From the NCBI GenBank assembly GCA_963782915.1, contig CAWALK010000015.1, forward strand, positions 128,001-192,000: a DNA stretch of 64,000 nt, given 5' to 3'. Shown here one piece after another: positions 31,501-41,729 of this stretch. Position 1 is the first letter of the stretch, and every line of letters begins with the position of its first letter. The position numbers and the translations under genes are program-made. Below the pieces are notes generated by a model. It was not told the DNA's origin. It did no database searches and worked only from the letters and a program-made list of their open reading frames with translations. Source of the stretch: an uncultured archaeon. Lineage in GTDB: Archaea; Thermoproteota; Bathyarchaeia; Bathyarchaeales; Bathycorpusculaceae.

Positions 31501-32049
31501 TTAGACGTCTGTTGGCGTCTTATAGTTTACCAGCGAGAACACTTCATGTTTGTCGCCAAGGGCCTTTCTTCCGCCTAAATAGTCTAACTCGATTAAGAAA
31601 CCAAGTCCCATGACTTTGCCGCCTAATTTTTCGACCATTTCAATGTTGGCTTTTACGGTTCCGCCTGTGGCTAGCAAGTCATCGATGATTGAGACGTTTT
31701 GGCCTTTGGTGATGGCGTCTTCGTGGATTTGGATGCTGTCACTGCTGTATTCTGTTGTGTAGGTGTAGTCAAGGCATTTGTATGGTAGTTTGCCTTTTTT
31801 GCGGATTGGAACAAATCCAACGCCCAGTTCATATGCGAGGGGTGCGCCGATTATGAATCCGCGTGCTTCGTTGGATACGATGGCGTCGATTTTTTTGCCG
31901 CGGTAGTGGTCTGCTAGTTGTTTTATAGTTTCTTTGAACATAGCGGGGTCTTTTAGGAGTGTAGTGATGTCCCAGAAGACGACGCCTTTGAATTCGGGGA
32001 TTCTTCGGATTTGGCTTTTTAGGTTAATTTTTTTGTCGGTCTTGTTCAT
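31501..32049 (-). CDS. apt: Adenine phosphoribosyltransferase
   Basis: IPEF.GV.F.DIT, EARGF, RKKGKLP, IIDDLLATGGT. Confidence 0.97.
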   Translation of the reverse strand: MNKTDKKINLKSQIRRIPEFKGVVFWDITTLLKDPAMFKETIKQLADHYRGKKIDAIVSNEARGFIIGAPLAYELGVGFVPIRKKGKLPYKCLDYTYTTEYSSDSIQIHEDAITKGQNVSIIDDLLATGGTVKANIEMVEKLGGKVMGLGFLIELDYLGGRKALGDKHEVFSLVNYKTPTDV

Positions 32050-32061
32050 TTCAATCTACCT

Positions 32062-32868
32062 CTATGCGAATGCGCCACTTAATGCACAGTTGCATTTGCA
32101 GTTTGGTGTGCTTGGTGTTTGGGCGATGGTTTCAGCGATTATGCGTTTGACATTTTCAATGTTGCTTTTCATTATGTTAACGATGTCTTCAACGCATACG
32201 TTGTGTTCTTTCCAGCAGTCATAGTCGGTAACTGTTGAGATGTTTGTGTAGCAGATTTCAGCTTCACGAGCTAATACAGCTTCGGGGACCATGGTCATGC
32301 CGATGATGTCTGCACCCCATTTCTGGTACATGTGTGATTCCGCTTTGGTTGAGAAGCGGGGTCCTTCGATGCAAACATATGTGCCGGTTTCATGGTGTTT
32401 GATTTTTAGGTTTTTGGCCACTTCTACTACGGTTTTGTGAAGTTCAGGACACATGGGTTCCGCGACGGATATGTGGCAGACTTTTCCTTCTGCAATGCTG
32501 TAGAATGATTGTTCGCGTCGGGTGGTTCGGTCTATGAATTGGTCGGCAAAGACTATTTCGCCGGGTTGATAATCTTCTCTCAGCGAGCCAACGGTTGAAG
32601 CTGCAAGGATACGTTTTACGCCTAAGCGTTTGAATGCCCAGATGTTGGCTCTTTGGTTGAGGTCCGTGGGCCTGATGGTATGAAGTTTTCCATGTCTTGG
32701 TAGAAACGCCACGGTTTTGCCGCCGAGTTCGCCGATTGTGAAGGCGTCTGAGGGTTTACCGTATGGGGTATCTATCGTGATTTCTTGGACGTTTTTGAGT
32801 AGTTTAGGGTCATATAGACCGGTTCCGCCGATTACTCCAAACTCGATTTGCATAGCTCTTAACTGCAA
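32062..32868 (-). CDS. mtnP: S-methyl-5'-thioadenosine phosphorylase
   Basis: GVIGGTG, FLPRHG..H, EGPRFSTKAES, GMT.VPEA.LARE, VTDYDCW. Confidence 0.95.
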   Translation of the reverse strand: MQLRAMQIEFGVIGGTGLYDPKLLKNVQEITIDTPYGKPSDAFTIGELGGKTVAFLPRHGKLHTIRPTDLNQRANIWAFKRLGVKRILAASTVGSLREDYQPGEIVFADQFIDRTTRREQSFYSIAEGKVCHISVAEPMCPELHKTVVEVAKNLKIKHHETGTYVCIEGPRFSTKAESHMYQKWGADIIGMTMVPEAVLAREAEICYTNISTVTDYDCWKEHNVCVEDIVNIMKSNIENVKRIIAETIAQTPSTPNCKCNCALSGAFA

Positions 32869-32955
32869 GCGTTTGACTTATAAAAATAGCGCATGGCTGT
32901 TTGATGGGGCTCCAAAATATTTTATTACCCCCGAAGTGTCATTTACTAGTTAGGA

Positions 32956-33219
32956 GTGATTTTTTTGCCAAAATATATGGTCAATTCAGCCATTCTACAG
33001 TCTGGAAAAAACCCCCAAGCCTGCGCTGAAGGCGCCGCAAAAATGCTTGCCAAAGGAAAAATCAAGGATATAGAAGCTAAAGCCTGCTACTGCTGTACCG
33101 GCGAAAACCGTGTTGCCTTCCTCATCGAGGGACCAAGCGAAGATGCCGTGTTGCAGGTGGTTCAGGAGCAACTCGATATTCCGGTTGCGTCTATTACTGA
33201 GGTACAGGAAGTCAAGTAG
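32956..33219 (+). CDS. Small hypothetical protein, DUF4242-like
   Basis: CYCC..RVAFLIEGPSEDAV...IPVASITEV resembles the DUF4242 C-terminus. Confidence 0.6.
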   Translation: MIFLPKYMVNSAILQSGKNPQACAEGAAKMLAKGKIKDIEAKACYCCTGENRVAFLIEGPSEDAVLQVVQEQLDIPVASITEVQEVK

Positions 33220-33769
33220 CCTTCAAGACTTCTTTCGCTGCTTTAGTGTAGATGTCGAGGTCTTGCTCTGAAAAGAGCACTAATGTGATTTTTTCTATTT
33301 TGCCTTCTTTTTCTAGATAATCCTTGATTGCCTTTACGGCTATGCGACTAGCTTCCTCAGTTGGGAAATGATAGCTGCCTGTGCTGATGGATGGAAAAGC
33401 AACAGTTTTCAATCCCTGAGCAGACGCCAGTTTGAGCGTGTTCCAATAAGACCGCCGAAGTAGTTTGGCTTCGTCATGCAAGCCTCCATGCCAGATTGGC
33501 CCAACCGTATGAATAACATATTTTGCTTTTAGGTTGCCGCCTGAGGTGATAACGGCGTTTCCCGTTGGCAATCCATCTGGCCATTCTTTCTCTCGTAGGC
33601 GTTTGCATTCCTCAAGAATTTTCGGTCCGCCTCGGTTGTGTATGGCTGCATCTACTCCGCCTCCGCCTAGAAGCGTCGAGTTGGCTGCGTTGACGATTGC
33701 GTCTGCTTCGACGTCGGTTATGTCGCCTTTGATTAGTGTGAGGGTTGCGTTTGCGATTTTAAATTCCAT
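33212..33769 (-). CDS. Macro domain O-acetyl-ADP-ribose deacetylase (YmdB-like)
   Basis: GDIT..ADAIVNAAN..LLGGGGVD.AIH, VIHTVGP, AFPSISTG. Confidence 0.95.
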   Translation of the reverse strand: MEFKIANATLTLIKGDITDVEADAIVNAANSTLLGGGGVDAAIHNRGGPKILEECKRLREKEWPDGLPTGNAVITSGGNLKAKYVIHTVGPIWHGGLHDEAKLLRRSYWNTLKLASAQGLKTVAFPSISTGSYHFPTEEASRIAVKAIKDYLEKEGKIEKITLVLFSEQDLDIYTKAAKEVLKAT

Positions 33770-33805
33770 ATTCTACCACTACTGCAAGCCTGCAATTATA
33801 CTATG

Positions 33806-34438
33806 CTATGCCAATATCGTCCACAGCGCCGAACCCATAAAGAAGAAACCGAAACCGACGAAGACAGCGACACAGAACAATGTTATGCCCACTCGGACCT
33901 TGTCATTCCAAAATCGCTGGGATTTGAAAACGACGAAAGCAGCGACCGTGTACCATGCAAAATCAGTAAACCAATGAACGCCCGTAAATATAGTGAAACC
34001 CAGCAGCCCAAACAGTTGAGCATTGAGAACTAAGGTTGTGCCGACGGTTAGCCACCATAGAATGAACCCTGCATTGATGGCGGTTGTGTATGCTCCTGCA
34101 AGTATAGTGTCCCGCATTGGACTCATCTTAGCCTCTTCGCGTTTGTTTCGGCTGCGGAAAGTCTGGACCCCCATTAAAACCATCATGGCTCCGCCGATTA
34201 AGCCCACGGCAACCTGCACCATCGCTGGGATCTCAAACATGCTCAGAACAAAATAAATCAAAAACATCAACGGAAACTCAACGAGACCGTGGCCAAGGGC
34301 GATTAGGGCTCCGGAGATTTTGCTTTTTTCAGCTCTTTTGAGGGTAACCGCGAATAGGGGTCCCGGCATAAGCACGCCTGAGAGTGAAATGAGCAGTACC
34401 GAAGCCAAGAACATAGGGAACTCCATTATGTAAGCCAA
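33806..34438 (-). CDS. LysE family translocator
   Basis: SGVLMPGP, GHGLVE, N..F.LWW.TVG. Confidence 0.9.
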   Translation of the reverse strand: MAYIMEFPMFLASVLLISLSGVLMPGPLFAVTLKRAEKSKISGALIALGHGLVEFPLMFLIYFVLSMFEIPAMVQVAVGLIGGAMMVLMGVQTFRSRNKREEAKMSPMRDTILAGAYTTAINAGFILWWLTVGTTLVLNAQLFGLLGFTIFTGVHWFTDFAWYTVAAFVVFKSQRFWNDKVRVGITLFCVAVFVGFGFFFMGSALWTILA

Positions 34439-34488
34439 GCAGGGGGCACCGTTTCGTTAACAGGTTTTTGCAGACTCGGCTATAAGGA

Positions 34489-35085
34489 TTACACGTCTGA
34501 GGGGCGATCCCATTCAATTTCGTTTTTGCTGGGTTCGCGTTCTTGGGTCTTCAGTAGGCGAGTTTGCATTTCCACGATGTCTGGGCTGTCCTTTGCGGTT
34601 ACGTAGTTATCCAGTAGTTTTTGGTTTAACTCGAAAAACGTGTGTCCCCACGGAAAAATCTCTAAAACTTGGTGAGCTTCTTCTTTGAAACCCGCAATAT
34701 AGAGAGCTGCCGCAATTGCTTCGGCGGTTGTTAGTTTGGTAAGCTTGCCAAAATTCACGGGGTTGCCTGCTATGAGGATGGGTAAGCATCGGCTGGTTCC
34801 ACGGACATGTTCACCCATGACTTTTTGGGCGTGTTCCCAACTGCAATCCAACGCAGCTAACCCGAACTGTTCAATCCTTTCCTTATCAGCTGGGGAGAAC
34901 GCGATTTCCCCAAAAGGATTTAAAACGATGGCTCTGTTTGGCAAGAATTTTACTCTAGTAACGATTCTTGCAAGCCCCCGACGCTTCAGCCGTAGTGCCG
35001 TATTCTTTTTGGGGTCATCTTGAGCAGCATGGTAAATGGAAATCCTAACGGGGAGGTTTGGTTGTGGTTCGGACTCAGGTTCCAC
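34489..35085 (-). CDS. tsr3: SSU rRNA aminocarboxypropyltransferase Tsr3 (DUF367)
   Basis: DDPKKNTA, LDCSW, R.LP.LIAGNPVNFGK, L.TAEA.AAAL, F.WG.TF.ELN. Confidence 0.93.
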   Translation of the reverse strand: MEPESEPQPNLPVRISIYHAAQDDPKKNTALRLKRRGLARIVTRVKFLPNRAIVLNPFGEIAFSPADKERIEQFGLAALDCSWEHAQKVMGEHVRGTSRCLPILIAGNPVNFGKLTKLTTAEAIAAALYIAGFKEEAHQVLEIFPWGHTFFELNQKLLDNYVTAKDSPDIVEMQTRLLKTQEREPSKNEIEWDRPSDV

Positions 35086-36611
35086 TTGCTTGTTTCACCT
35101 TCAAATGATCCATGGGGTTTTCAAGAACTCGCGGAATCCACTCGATGATGTCTGTTGCAACCATGTGGTAACCGATTTCGGATGCTACCAAGTCGCCTGC
35201 TGCACCGTTTACGAATGCTCCGGCAACTGCTGCTTCGAATGGGTCAGCATGGAGCGCCATTAATCCTGCGATGATTCCGCCTAAAACGTCGCCTGTGCCG
35301 CCGACGGTCATGCCTGGGTTACCGGTGAAGTTCAGTTTTGAACGTTCAGCGTTACATATGATGTCGGTTTTGCCTTTTACAAGGATGGTTGCGTTTAGTT
35401 TCTTCGCGGTTTTCTGAATTGCCGCTACTCGCGCCTCCTGGTTTTCAGGCAAGGTTTCGCCCGTGAGTATAGCGTATTCGCCTGCATGCGGCGTCAAAAC
35501 CAACGGAACCTTCAAGGCACGTTTGAATTTGGCGAAGGCTTTCAACCCGTCAGCATCCAGCAGCAACGGTTTACCCGCCATTTCAACTTCATCGATGCAG
35601 GCTTTAACGAATTCTTGGGTTTCAGGGGTCAATCCCATACCGGGTCCCATGGCTACTACATCGACGTTTTTGATAAAGGGTTTGAGCGTTTCCATGTTCG
35701 CTGGGTTTAGATTGTCGCCTTCTAGTTTAACCGTAATCAAGTCAGGCGAGATTGATGTTATTTCGTAAGCGTTTTTTTGGGGCGTCGCCAAATAGACGAG
35801 GTCTACTCCTGTGCGCATTGCTGCCAAGGAAACTAATGTTGGAGCGCCTGAGTAGACGTCGCTGCCGCCGATAACCAGTAAGCGCCCAAAATCGCCTTTG
35901 TGACCCGTTGGACTACGCGGTTTAGATGCTAACAACACGTCACCCGGTCCTGCGAATCGCTCCATTTCCGAGGGCAAACCAATATCGCCAACAACGACTT
36001 CGCCGGTGTATCCCTTGGCTTTTTCCAAGCCCTTCTTTGCCTTATGGAAAGTCACGGTCAAATCCGCTTTAACAGCGGTTCCTAAGACGTCGCCGGTGTC
36101 GGAGTCGATTCCTGTAGGGACGTCGACGGCGAGTTTAAAGCCCTTTGTTGCGTTTATGGCGTCTACGACTTGGCTTATGGGCGCTTTAAGTTTGCCCTTA
36201 GTCCCTGTTCCTAATAGGGCATCGATAACTACGTCAGCAGCTATGGCAGGGATCGCTGCACTGTCTGTAACTTCAATAACAGGAATTTTACCTTGAAGCG
36301 ACCTGTAAAATCAGGAAGTTTTTCAGTGCCGCTTCATGGCTAATATCGCGTCCTTTTCCAACCAAAAACACGGACACCTCAAACCCCGCTGCCAACAGGT
36401 GCCGGGCAGCTACAAAGCCATCTCCGCCGTTGCCGCCAAGTCCGCAAAAAATCGCAACCTGCTTACCCTTGGGGAATCGTGTGATGACTTCTTGGGCTAC
36501 GTTTCGCCCTGCCAACTCCATGAGCTGCAGGAGGCTGACGCCGAAGTACTCTGCGTTAACTTCCAGGGCACGCATTTCGCGGCTTGAAATGAAGGAGTTT
36601 TGGTTTTGCAT
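35075..36611 (-). CDS. nnr: Bifunctional NAD(P)H-hydrate epimerase/dehydratase NnrE-NnrD (frameshift ~36300)
   Basis: LMELAG, CG.GGNGGDG (ORF 36288-36611); HKGDFG, LLDADGL, LTPHAGE, GGTGDVLGG (ORF 35075-36061); intervening DVVIDALLGTG, AVDVPTG. Confidence 0.93.
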
Positions 36612-36665
36612 AGTGACGCCTTACTACCATTTGTCTACGTTTAAAGATAAGGCTATCCTTGAGCC

Positions 36666-36695
36666 GTATACAAAAGCATCTCCCAACACACTTTT
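36666..36695 (-). repeat. Motif A copy 1
   Basis: AAAAGTGTGTTGGGAGATGCTTTTGTATAC on the minus strand. Confidence 0.8.
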
Positions 36696-36775
36696 TTAGG
36701 GAACAACTTTTTTGAGAATTTTTGAAAACAGAAAAAAAGGGCAAAAAACGCTAATTTTTTCGAAAATAGGCGAAG

Positions 36776-36784
36776 CTTATATAA
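36776..36784 (+). promoter_or_regulatory. BRE/TATA-like element with no downstream protein gene
   Basis: GGCGAAG-CTTATATAA about 40-50 bp upstream of the structured region. Confidence 0.5.
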
Positions 36785-36804
36785 TCATGCCGAGCCAACG
36801 GCGA

Positions 36805-37010
36805 CAATTTCGCTGGAGTTAACGACAAGGCAAGCTGAAGTGCAATAGGGTGCTCTTTGAAAAGTTCTGCCGGCGACTTGTACTCGCCAACAGACGCTTA
36901 TGCCAAGTGTCATAAGCAGTTGGGCTGTCAATTTCCGCTCAAAACCACACTGTTAAGCGAACCGGCAAGACAATACACGGTACTTAAGCTGCTTTGCACC
37001 CCAATTTTTA
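36805..37010 (+). ncRNA. Candidate structured non-coding RNA
   Basis: Long closing stem 36826-36843/36980-36996, inner stems, possible pseudoknot, T-tract end; folded by eye only. Confidence 0.5.
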
Positions 37011-37198
37011 AAAATATTATTGAAAATCCGGTTGCCGCTTGCTTTCCAGCGATAAACTTTAGGAGCTAAGTGCCCTAAAGTTACTTGCTAGACGAAAATT
37101 TCTGCAATTATTGTTAGCCGTGACTGTGTTCTGCTGCTGTAATTCAGTTTGCCTTTTGGATTTTGCCAGAGTTTCTATTTTAGCTCTTGGTTTCTCAC

Positions 37199-37228
37199 CG
37201 AAAAATAATCGAACGTACACTTTTTACA
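37199..37228 (-). repeat. Motif B copy 1
   Basis: TGTAAAAAGTGTACGTTCGATTATTTTTCG on the minus strand. Confidence 0.75.
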
Positions 37229-37482
37229 TTAAATAGTTAAAAAAACCCTGGTGGTTTACCTGAAAAGACATGAAAGGCTGCAATTTATCCATAGACAACG
37301 TAAAAGTGTGGGCTACGGTTAACGAATAACCGAAAACTGAGGTCAGCTGGTTTTTGCGGATTTGGCGTTTTTCCCTGAAATCGAGGGAAACCTTATTTTT
37401 TGCGTTTTCACGTAAAATTGCCGTGGGTGCCGTTGGTGGTTGGTGTTACGGGTGGTTTGGGTGGTTCGCAAGGTTTGCAGGG

Positions 37483-37513
37483 AAAACTGTGTTTTGGTGA
37501 TGCTTTTGTATAC
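37483..37513 (+). repeat. Motif A copy 2
   Basis: AAAACTGTGTTTTGGTGATGCTTTTGTATAC. Confidence 0.8.
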
Positions 37514-37583
37514 AGCCTCCGGCTTAGTGGCGATGTAAACACAAATTACCCATATTTTGCTGCGCATATGTTAACCGTGCGGG

Positions 37584-38299
37584 GTGTCAAGGTTGAGTGT
37601 TGAGCGGAACCTGTTAATTTCGCTCCTAAAATTGACCAAAGAAGGGGCTACTTTAATCAAAGATGTCAATGTAGAGGCAAGATTGCCCTCAACTGTTTGT
37701 ATAAAGTTGCTGCAGAAAATGCAAAATGAAAACCTCATTTATCTGGAAGGCGACAAAGTAGAGGTTGACACTGAAAATCGCCTAAAAATTGCTGTAAAAG
37801 CAGTCTCATTAGGCGCAGATATCCAGAACATAAGTGACACGCTAAAATGGCAAGAGTTTGAAGAAATCGCTGCCATCGCACTTAAAATCAACGGATATGT
37901 CGTTAAGAAAAACTTGCGTTTTACGCATGGCGGCCGCAGATACGAAATAGACGTGGTCGGCTGCCGAAAACCCTTGTTGTCTGCATTGACTGCAAACGTT
38001 GGCAACATGCAATCGCAGCATCTGCGCTTAGGAAAATAGTTGAAGAACAATCCCAGCGAACAGAAGCCTTAGCGGACACTTTGCCCAACCTTAAATTGGA
38101 CCTTGAATGCACTAAATGGGAAAAAGCAAAATTCGTCCCGGCCGTCCTATCGCTTGTTCCAGGAGCCTACAAATTTTACTATGAAGTGCCGGTGGTGCCT
38201 GTGCTTTCGCTGCAAGATTTCATAGGTCAACTGCCCCTGTATATGGAAACAGTGAAGTGCTTTCCCAAAAAATTCAGCACCTTAAGCAGCGATTCTTAG
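37584..38299 (+). CDS. wHTH + Mrr-like PD-(D/E)xK endonuclease (frameshift ~37975)
   Basis: LKWQEFEEIAA..L...GY, YEIDVVG, then VVCIDCKRW in the shifted frame joining ORF 38081-38299. Confidence 0.85.
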
Positions 38300-40153
38300 T
38301 ATCTCTGTTTTTGCCAGTTTAAAGGCTGGGTAAAGACTCAACAAAAACATTGCAATCAACGCTGAAATAAGCCAACCAAAAATCAAAACGATAGTGCTGG
38401 TTGACACTATGGGGTTAGCCATCAAAATCATCACGGTAATAATTGTTCCAAGCGAAATACCAGCTCCGAAGCTCGAAAAAAGCACGATTGCACCCTGAAT
38501 CGCCGAAATATTTATGATCAATCTGGGTCTAGCACCCACTGCCCTTAACATGGCGAATTCGGGTCGTTGCTCATCTATGGATAGCATCATGTAACCAACC
38601 ATACAAAGGGCGGCTGAGGCTACTGTGAAGAGAGGCAGAAACATGATGGCTTGCCAAGTTGCACCCAAAAACGCTTCGTTTTGCTCAACGGTTTGCGTGA
38701 GGTCAAAAACGTCCAAGTCCGAATCCGCCGCCTTCACTATGGCGCGTATTTCAGTTATGGCTGAGTTGCGATCTGCTGAATCCTCGAGGTTAACAACCAG
38801 CAAATTCGGATTCGCTATGCCCGTTGCATTCATCAATCTATCTATAGGTACATAGGTGACTAAGCCGTTGTTTATGGGGTCAACGTTGATGCCCACGATG
38901 CGGAAATTTTTGTTTCCGATTTGTATGCTTTCAACCAGTGGATCTGATAGGCGAATGTATTGCGCTGGGTCTGGGGAATACATTTTTTGGGCGATAGAGT
39001 CGCCGATTACTGCTTCAAAAGTGCCGTTTTCGCTTAGGTTTCTGCCTTTGCTGGGGATATTATTGGTTGATTTTGGGATCTAAACCGATTATGAGTGCTT
39101 CGCCTTTTCTGCTGTCGCCCACATAGGTTTCGGCTCCGTCGATTACGGTAAAGTTGCTGATTTCCCCTACAGTTTCATACAGCACCAGTCGCGGGTTTAC
39201 TGAATTTACACCGGACAAGGCAGTTAATCCGGGATAGACGGTGTCGGGAATTGCGAGTTTAGAATCGGAATAATTGAAGCTGCCTGCCTCTTTTGCGCCC
39301 GCAAACTTTTGCAGCAACAACTCATACTGAACACCCATACTACTATGAGCTACAACAACTGAGTTGCTGTTCGACGGTGCTGTTTACCCATGAAGTTGTG
39401 GTGTCTTTAGCGATTATGCCTCCGGCAACCGAAACCGTCAACAAAACAAACACAATCGAAAGCAAAACAACGATGCGCAGAGTTGCAGATTGCCGCCTAA
39501 AAAGGCTCCTTGAAGCGATACGCCATGTCAACGCTGAATGAGAGAGGGCTTTGTGTTTGCCGCCCATGGCTAAACCGTAGAAATTAACAGGGGAAAGGGC
39601 TTCGATCGCGGACATTTTTGAGGCTTTAATGATGGGCCGCAAACCGAAAACCAACGCCAACACGAAGAATACAACGAAAACTATGGGTGCAAACCACCAA
39701 TTCGGCGTTGAGTAGGCACCAAAAACGAGGTTAGCTGCAGTAAAGTCCGCTAAAAATCCGAAAACCACACCTAAGATGCACCCGATAAAAGTGACTGCCA
39801 ATAGTTCAGTCATGAAGTATCCGCCGACCAAACTGTTGGGGCATCCTGCCGCTTTGATCAAACCAAAATCACGGGTCCGCTGCGCCATCATCAAAAAAAC
39901 AATAAAAGATGTCAAAACTGCGCCGACTATGAAAGATGAGTGCGCCTATGAAAGTTAGGAATTGCCCAAAAGTCGCGCTTAAACCCAACGTAAAAGTACC
40001 CGTTGAGGCAGCTAGTCCGACGCCCAAGCGTCCGCTAAACAGCAGCAAAAACAATGTGGATGCAATACTCAAGGTGAGGGTTGTGATGACTAAGCCTGTT
40101 TGAAGCCGCCTCCGCAGTAAGTCGTTGATTGGGAAGCCTGCGCCGCTACTCAT
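38282..40153 (-). CDS. FtsX/MacB-like ABC permease (several frameshifts)
   Basis: Four collinear ORF fragments; QRTRDFGLIKAAG, EQRPEFAMLRAVGA, LSLYPA. Confidence 0.85.
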
Positions 40154-40850
40154 TTTCCGTCGCCAACTTGCCTTCTTTTAGGGTGATTACTTGGTCGGCT
40201 AATTCGCGGATTTGTAGGTCATGGGTGGAGACTATGACTGTTTTGCCCTTGCTCTTTAGCAGCTGGAGTACGTCGAGGATTTTTTGGGCGTTTTTTGTGT
40301 CAAGGTTTCCTGTGGGTTCGTCGGCCAAAATCAATTCAGGATCATTAGCTAGTGCCCTTGCAAAGGCGACGCGTTGCTGTTCACCTCCGCTAAGTTGGGA
40401 AGGAAAATGTTTTTGGCGATGCTCCAAACCAACCATCGCAATTAACTCGGCAACTCGTGTTTCGATTTCCAGCGGCGGCTTTCGTGTCCACTCCATTGGA
40501 AAAGCCACGTTCTCAGCCACCGTCAAGGTTGAAACTAAGTTGTATGCTTGGAAGACAAAGCCTATGTGGCTGCAGCGAAAGTCTGAGAGAAAATCCTCAT
40601 CCCTGCCAGTCAGATTTTCGTCGGCAACAGTTATTTCTCCTTTTGTGGGCCGATCGATGCCGCTGATAATGTTTAGCAGAGTTGTTTTGCCTGAGCCGGA
40701 GGGGCCACATACGACCACAAATTTTGCTTTAGGAACCTCGATGCTGATGTCTTGCAGGACCGTGATTTTGTGGTTGTTGACTTGGTAGGTTTTCTCCAAG
40801 TTTTTTGTAGTAACCATTAACGAGTCATTATCGGGCATCGCCTTTATCAC
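40146..40850 (-). CDS. ABC transporter ATP-binding protein (LolD-like)
   Basis: GPSGSGKTT, LSGGEQQRV, ILADEPTGNLD. Confidence 0.95.
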   Translation of the reverse strand: MIKAMPDNDSLMVTTKNLEKTYQVNNHKITVLQDISIEVPKAKFVVVCGPSGSGKTTLLNIISGIDRPTKGEITVADENLTGRDEDFLSDFRCSHIGFVFQAYNLVSTLTVAENVAFPMEWTRKPPLEIETRVAELIAMVGLEHRQKHFPSQLSGGEQQRVAFARALANDPELILADEPTGNLDTKNAQKILDVLQLLKSKGKTVIVSTHDLQIRELADQVITLKEGKLATENE

Positions 40851-40917
40851 CTGTTTTAGTTTAACGAGAGGTTACTTTTAAGCGAATAAGAAGCTTGAGG
40901 TACACTCATTTACCGTG

Positions 40918-41355
40918 CTACTCTGGGTAGCAGGTGTCGATGTTTAGGTTGCCTCGGTCACGCTTCAGAAGCCTGACCTTGTCGGGTAGCTTGTCTTTTT
41001 GCCAATCGCTCCAGCTGATCTCTTTAAACAGCCAACGTTTGCCCAAGTGTGCCACTACAACAGCGTGTTTGCTCTCGTTGCCTGAGGGAATGAATTGGTC
41101 TAGGAACCGGAAGAGTTTGTCGATTTGCACTTTGGGGAAGTAGGCGTAGTAGGTGGCGTTTTTGACTTCAAAAGCGTAGAGGTGGGGGCCTTTGCGCGCC
41201 ATTATGTCTGGGAGAGGGTTGAGGCTTGGGTTGCTCACAGGCACCCGGACCGCGAAGTATCCTTTCTTTTGGAGTAGTTTGACTAGTGCGGTTTCGCTGT
41301 AGAAGCCTCTTTTGCGCCAACGCCTTAGCCGGATGCGGTCTTCTTCAGTGCTCAA
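40918..41355 (-). CDS. Hjc-like Holliday junction resolvase family nuclease
   Basis: KRG...E..LVK.L...GY..VRVP.S...PDIMA......AFEVK, QI.KL..F. Confidence 0.8.
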   Translation of the reverse strand: MSTEEDRIRLRRWRKRGFYSETALVKLLQKKGYFAVRVPVSNPSLNPLPDIMARKGPHLYAFEVKNATYYAYFPKVQIDKLFRFLDQFIPSGNESKHAVVVAHLGKRWLFKEISWSDWQKDKLPDKVRLLKRDRGNLNIDTCYPE

Positions 41356-41422
41356 CTCTTTGTCCTCGCTTTGCTGCTATTGGGGGTTGGTTTAATTAAA
41401 AAATTGTTGCACTGTAGAGCGC

Positions 41423-41453
41423 AAAACTGTGTTTTGGGGATGCTTTTGTATCC
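41423..41453 (+). repeat. Motif A copy 3
   Basis: AAAACTGTGTTTTGGGGATGCTTTTGTATCC. Confidence 0.8.
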
Positions 41454-41698
41454 GCTTACTTTTTGGCTGGTGAAGCTGGGAGACACTGGTGACCATGCAT
41501 ATTCTGGATATTACCTTGATCACAATGGCAACTGAACAGGTATTGTATAACATTCAGGTTTTAAAAATAATGGCGATAAAGCTCTTACTAAACGCTGTCA
41601 AAGTGCCCTAGAGCCCTATATTGCCGGGAACAAAAGATGTCCCTAAGAGACCAAAAAACATCCGCCGAAACACCACAGAGCACACAAATCAGGCAGCG

Positions 41699-41729
41699 GT
41701 ATACAGAAGCATAACCCAACACACTTTTT
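41699..41729 (-). repeat. Motif A copy 4
   Basis: AAAAAGTGTGTTGGGTTATGCTTCTGTATAC on the minus strand. Confidence 0.7.

Noticed and set aside
36845-36935. Lysine or cobalamin riboswitch (TAGGGTGC, TCGCC, GGCTGTCAA words)
   Set aside because: Spacing is too short for the lysine aptamer, no B12 box is present, and no relevant gene follows.
37055-37082. Perfect 9-bp hairpin AACTTTAGG/CCTAAAGTT downstream of the candidate ncRNA
   Set aside because: An isolated hairpin beyond the T-tract; no independent support for a function.
40129-40788. Long antisense ORFs over the ABC ATPase and other conserved genes (e.g. 27900-28403, 33534-33977)
   Set aside because: Typical shadow ORFs opposite well-supported genes.
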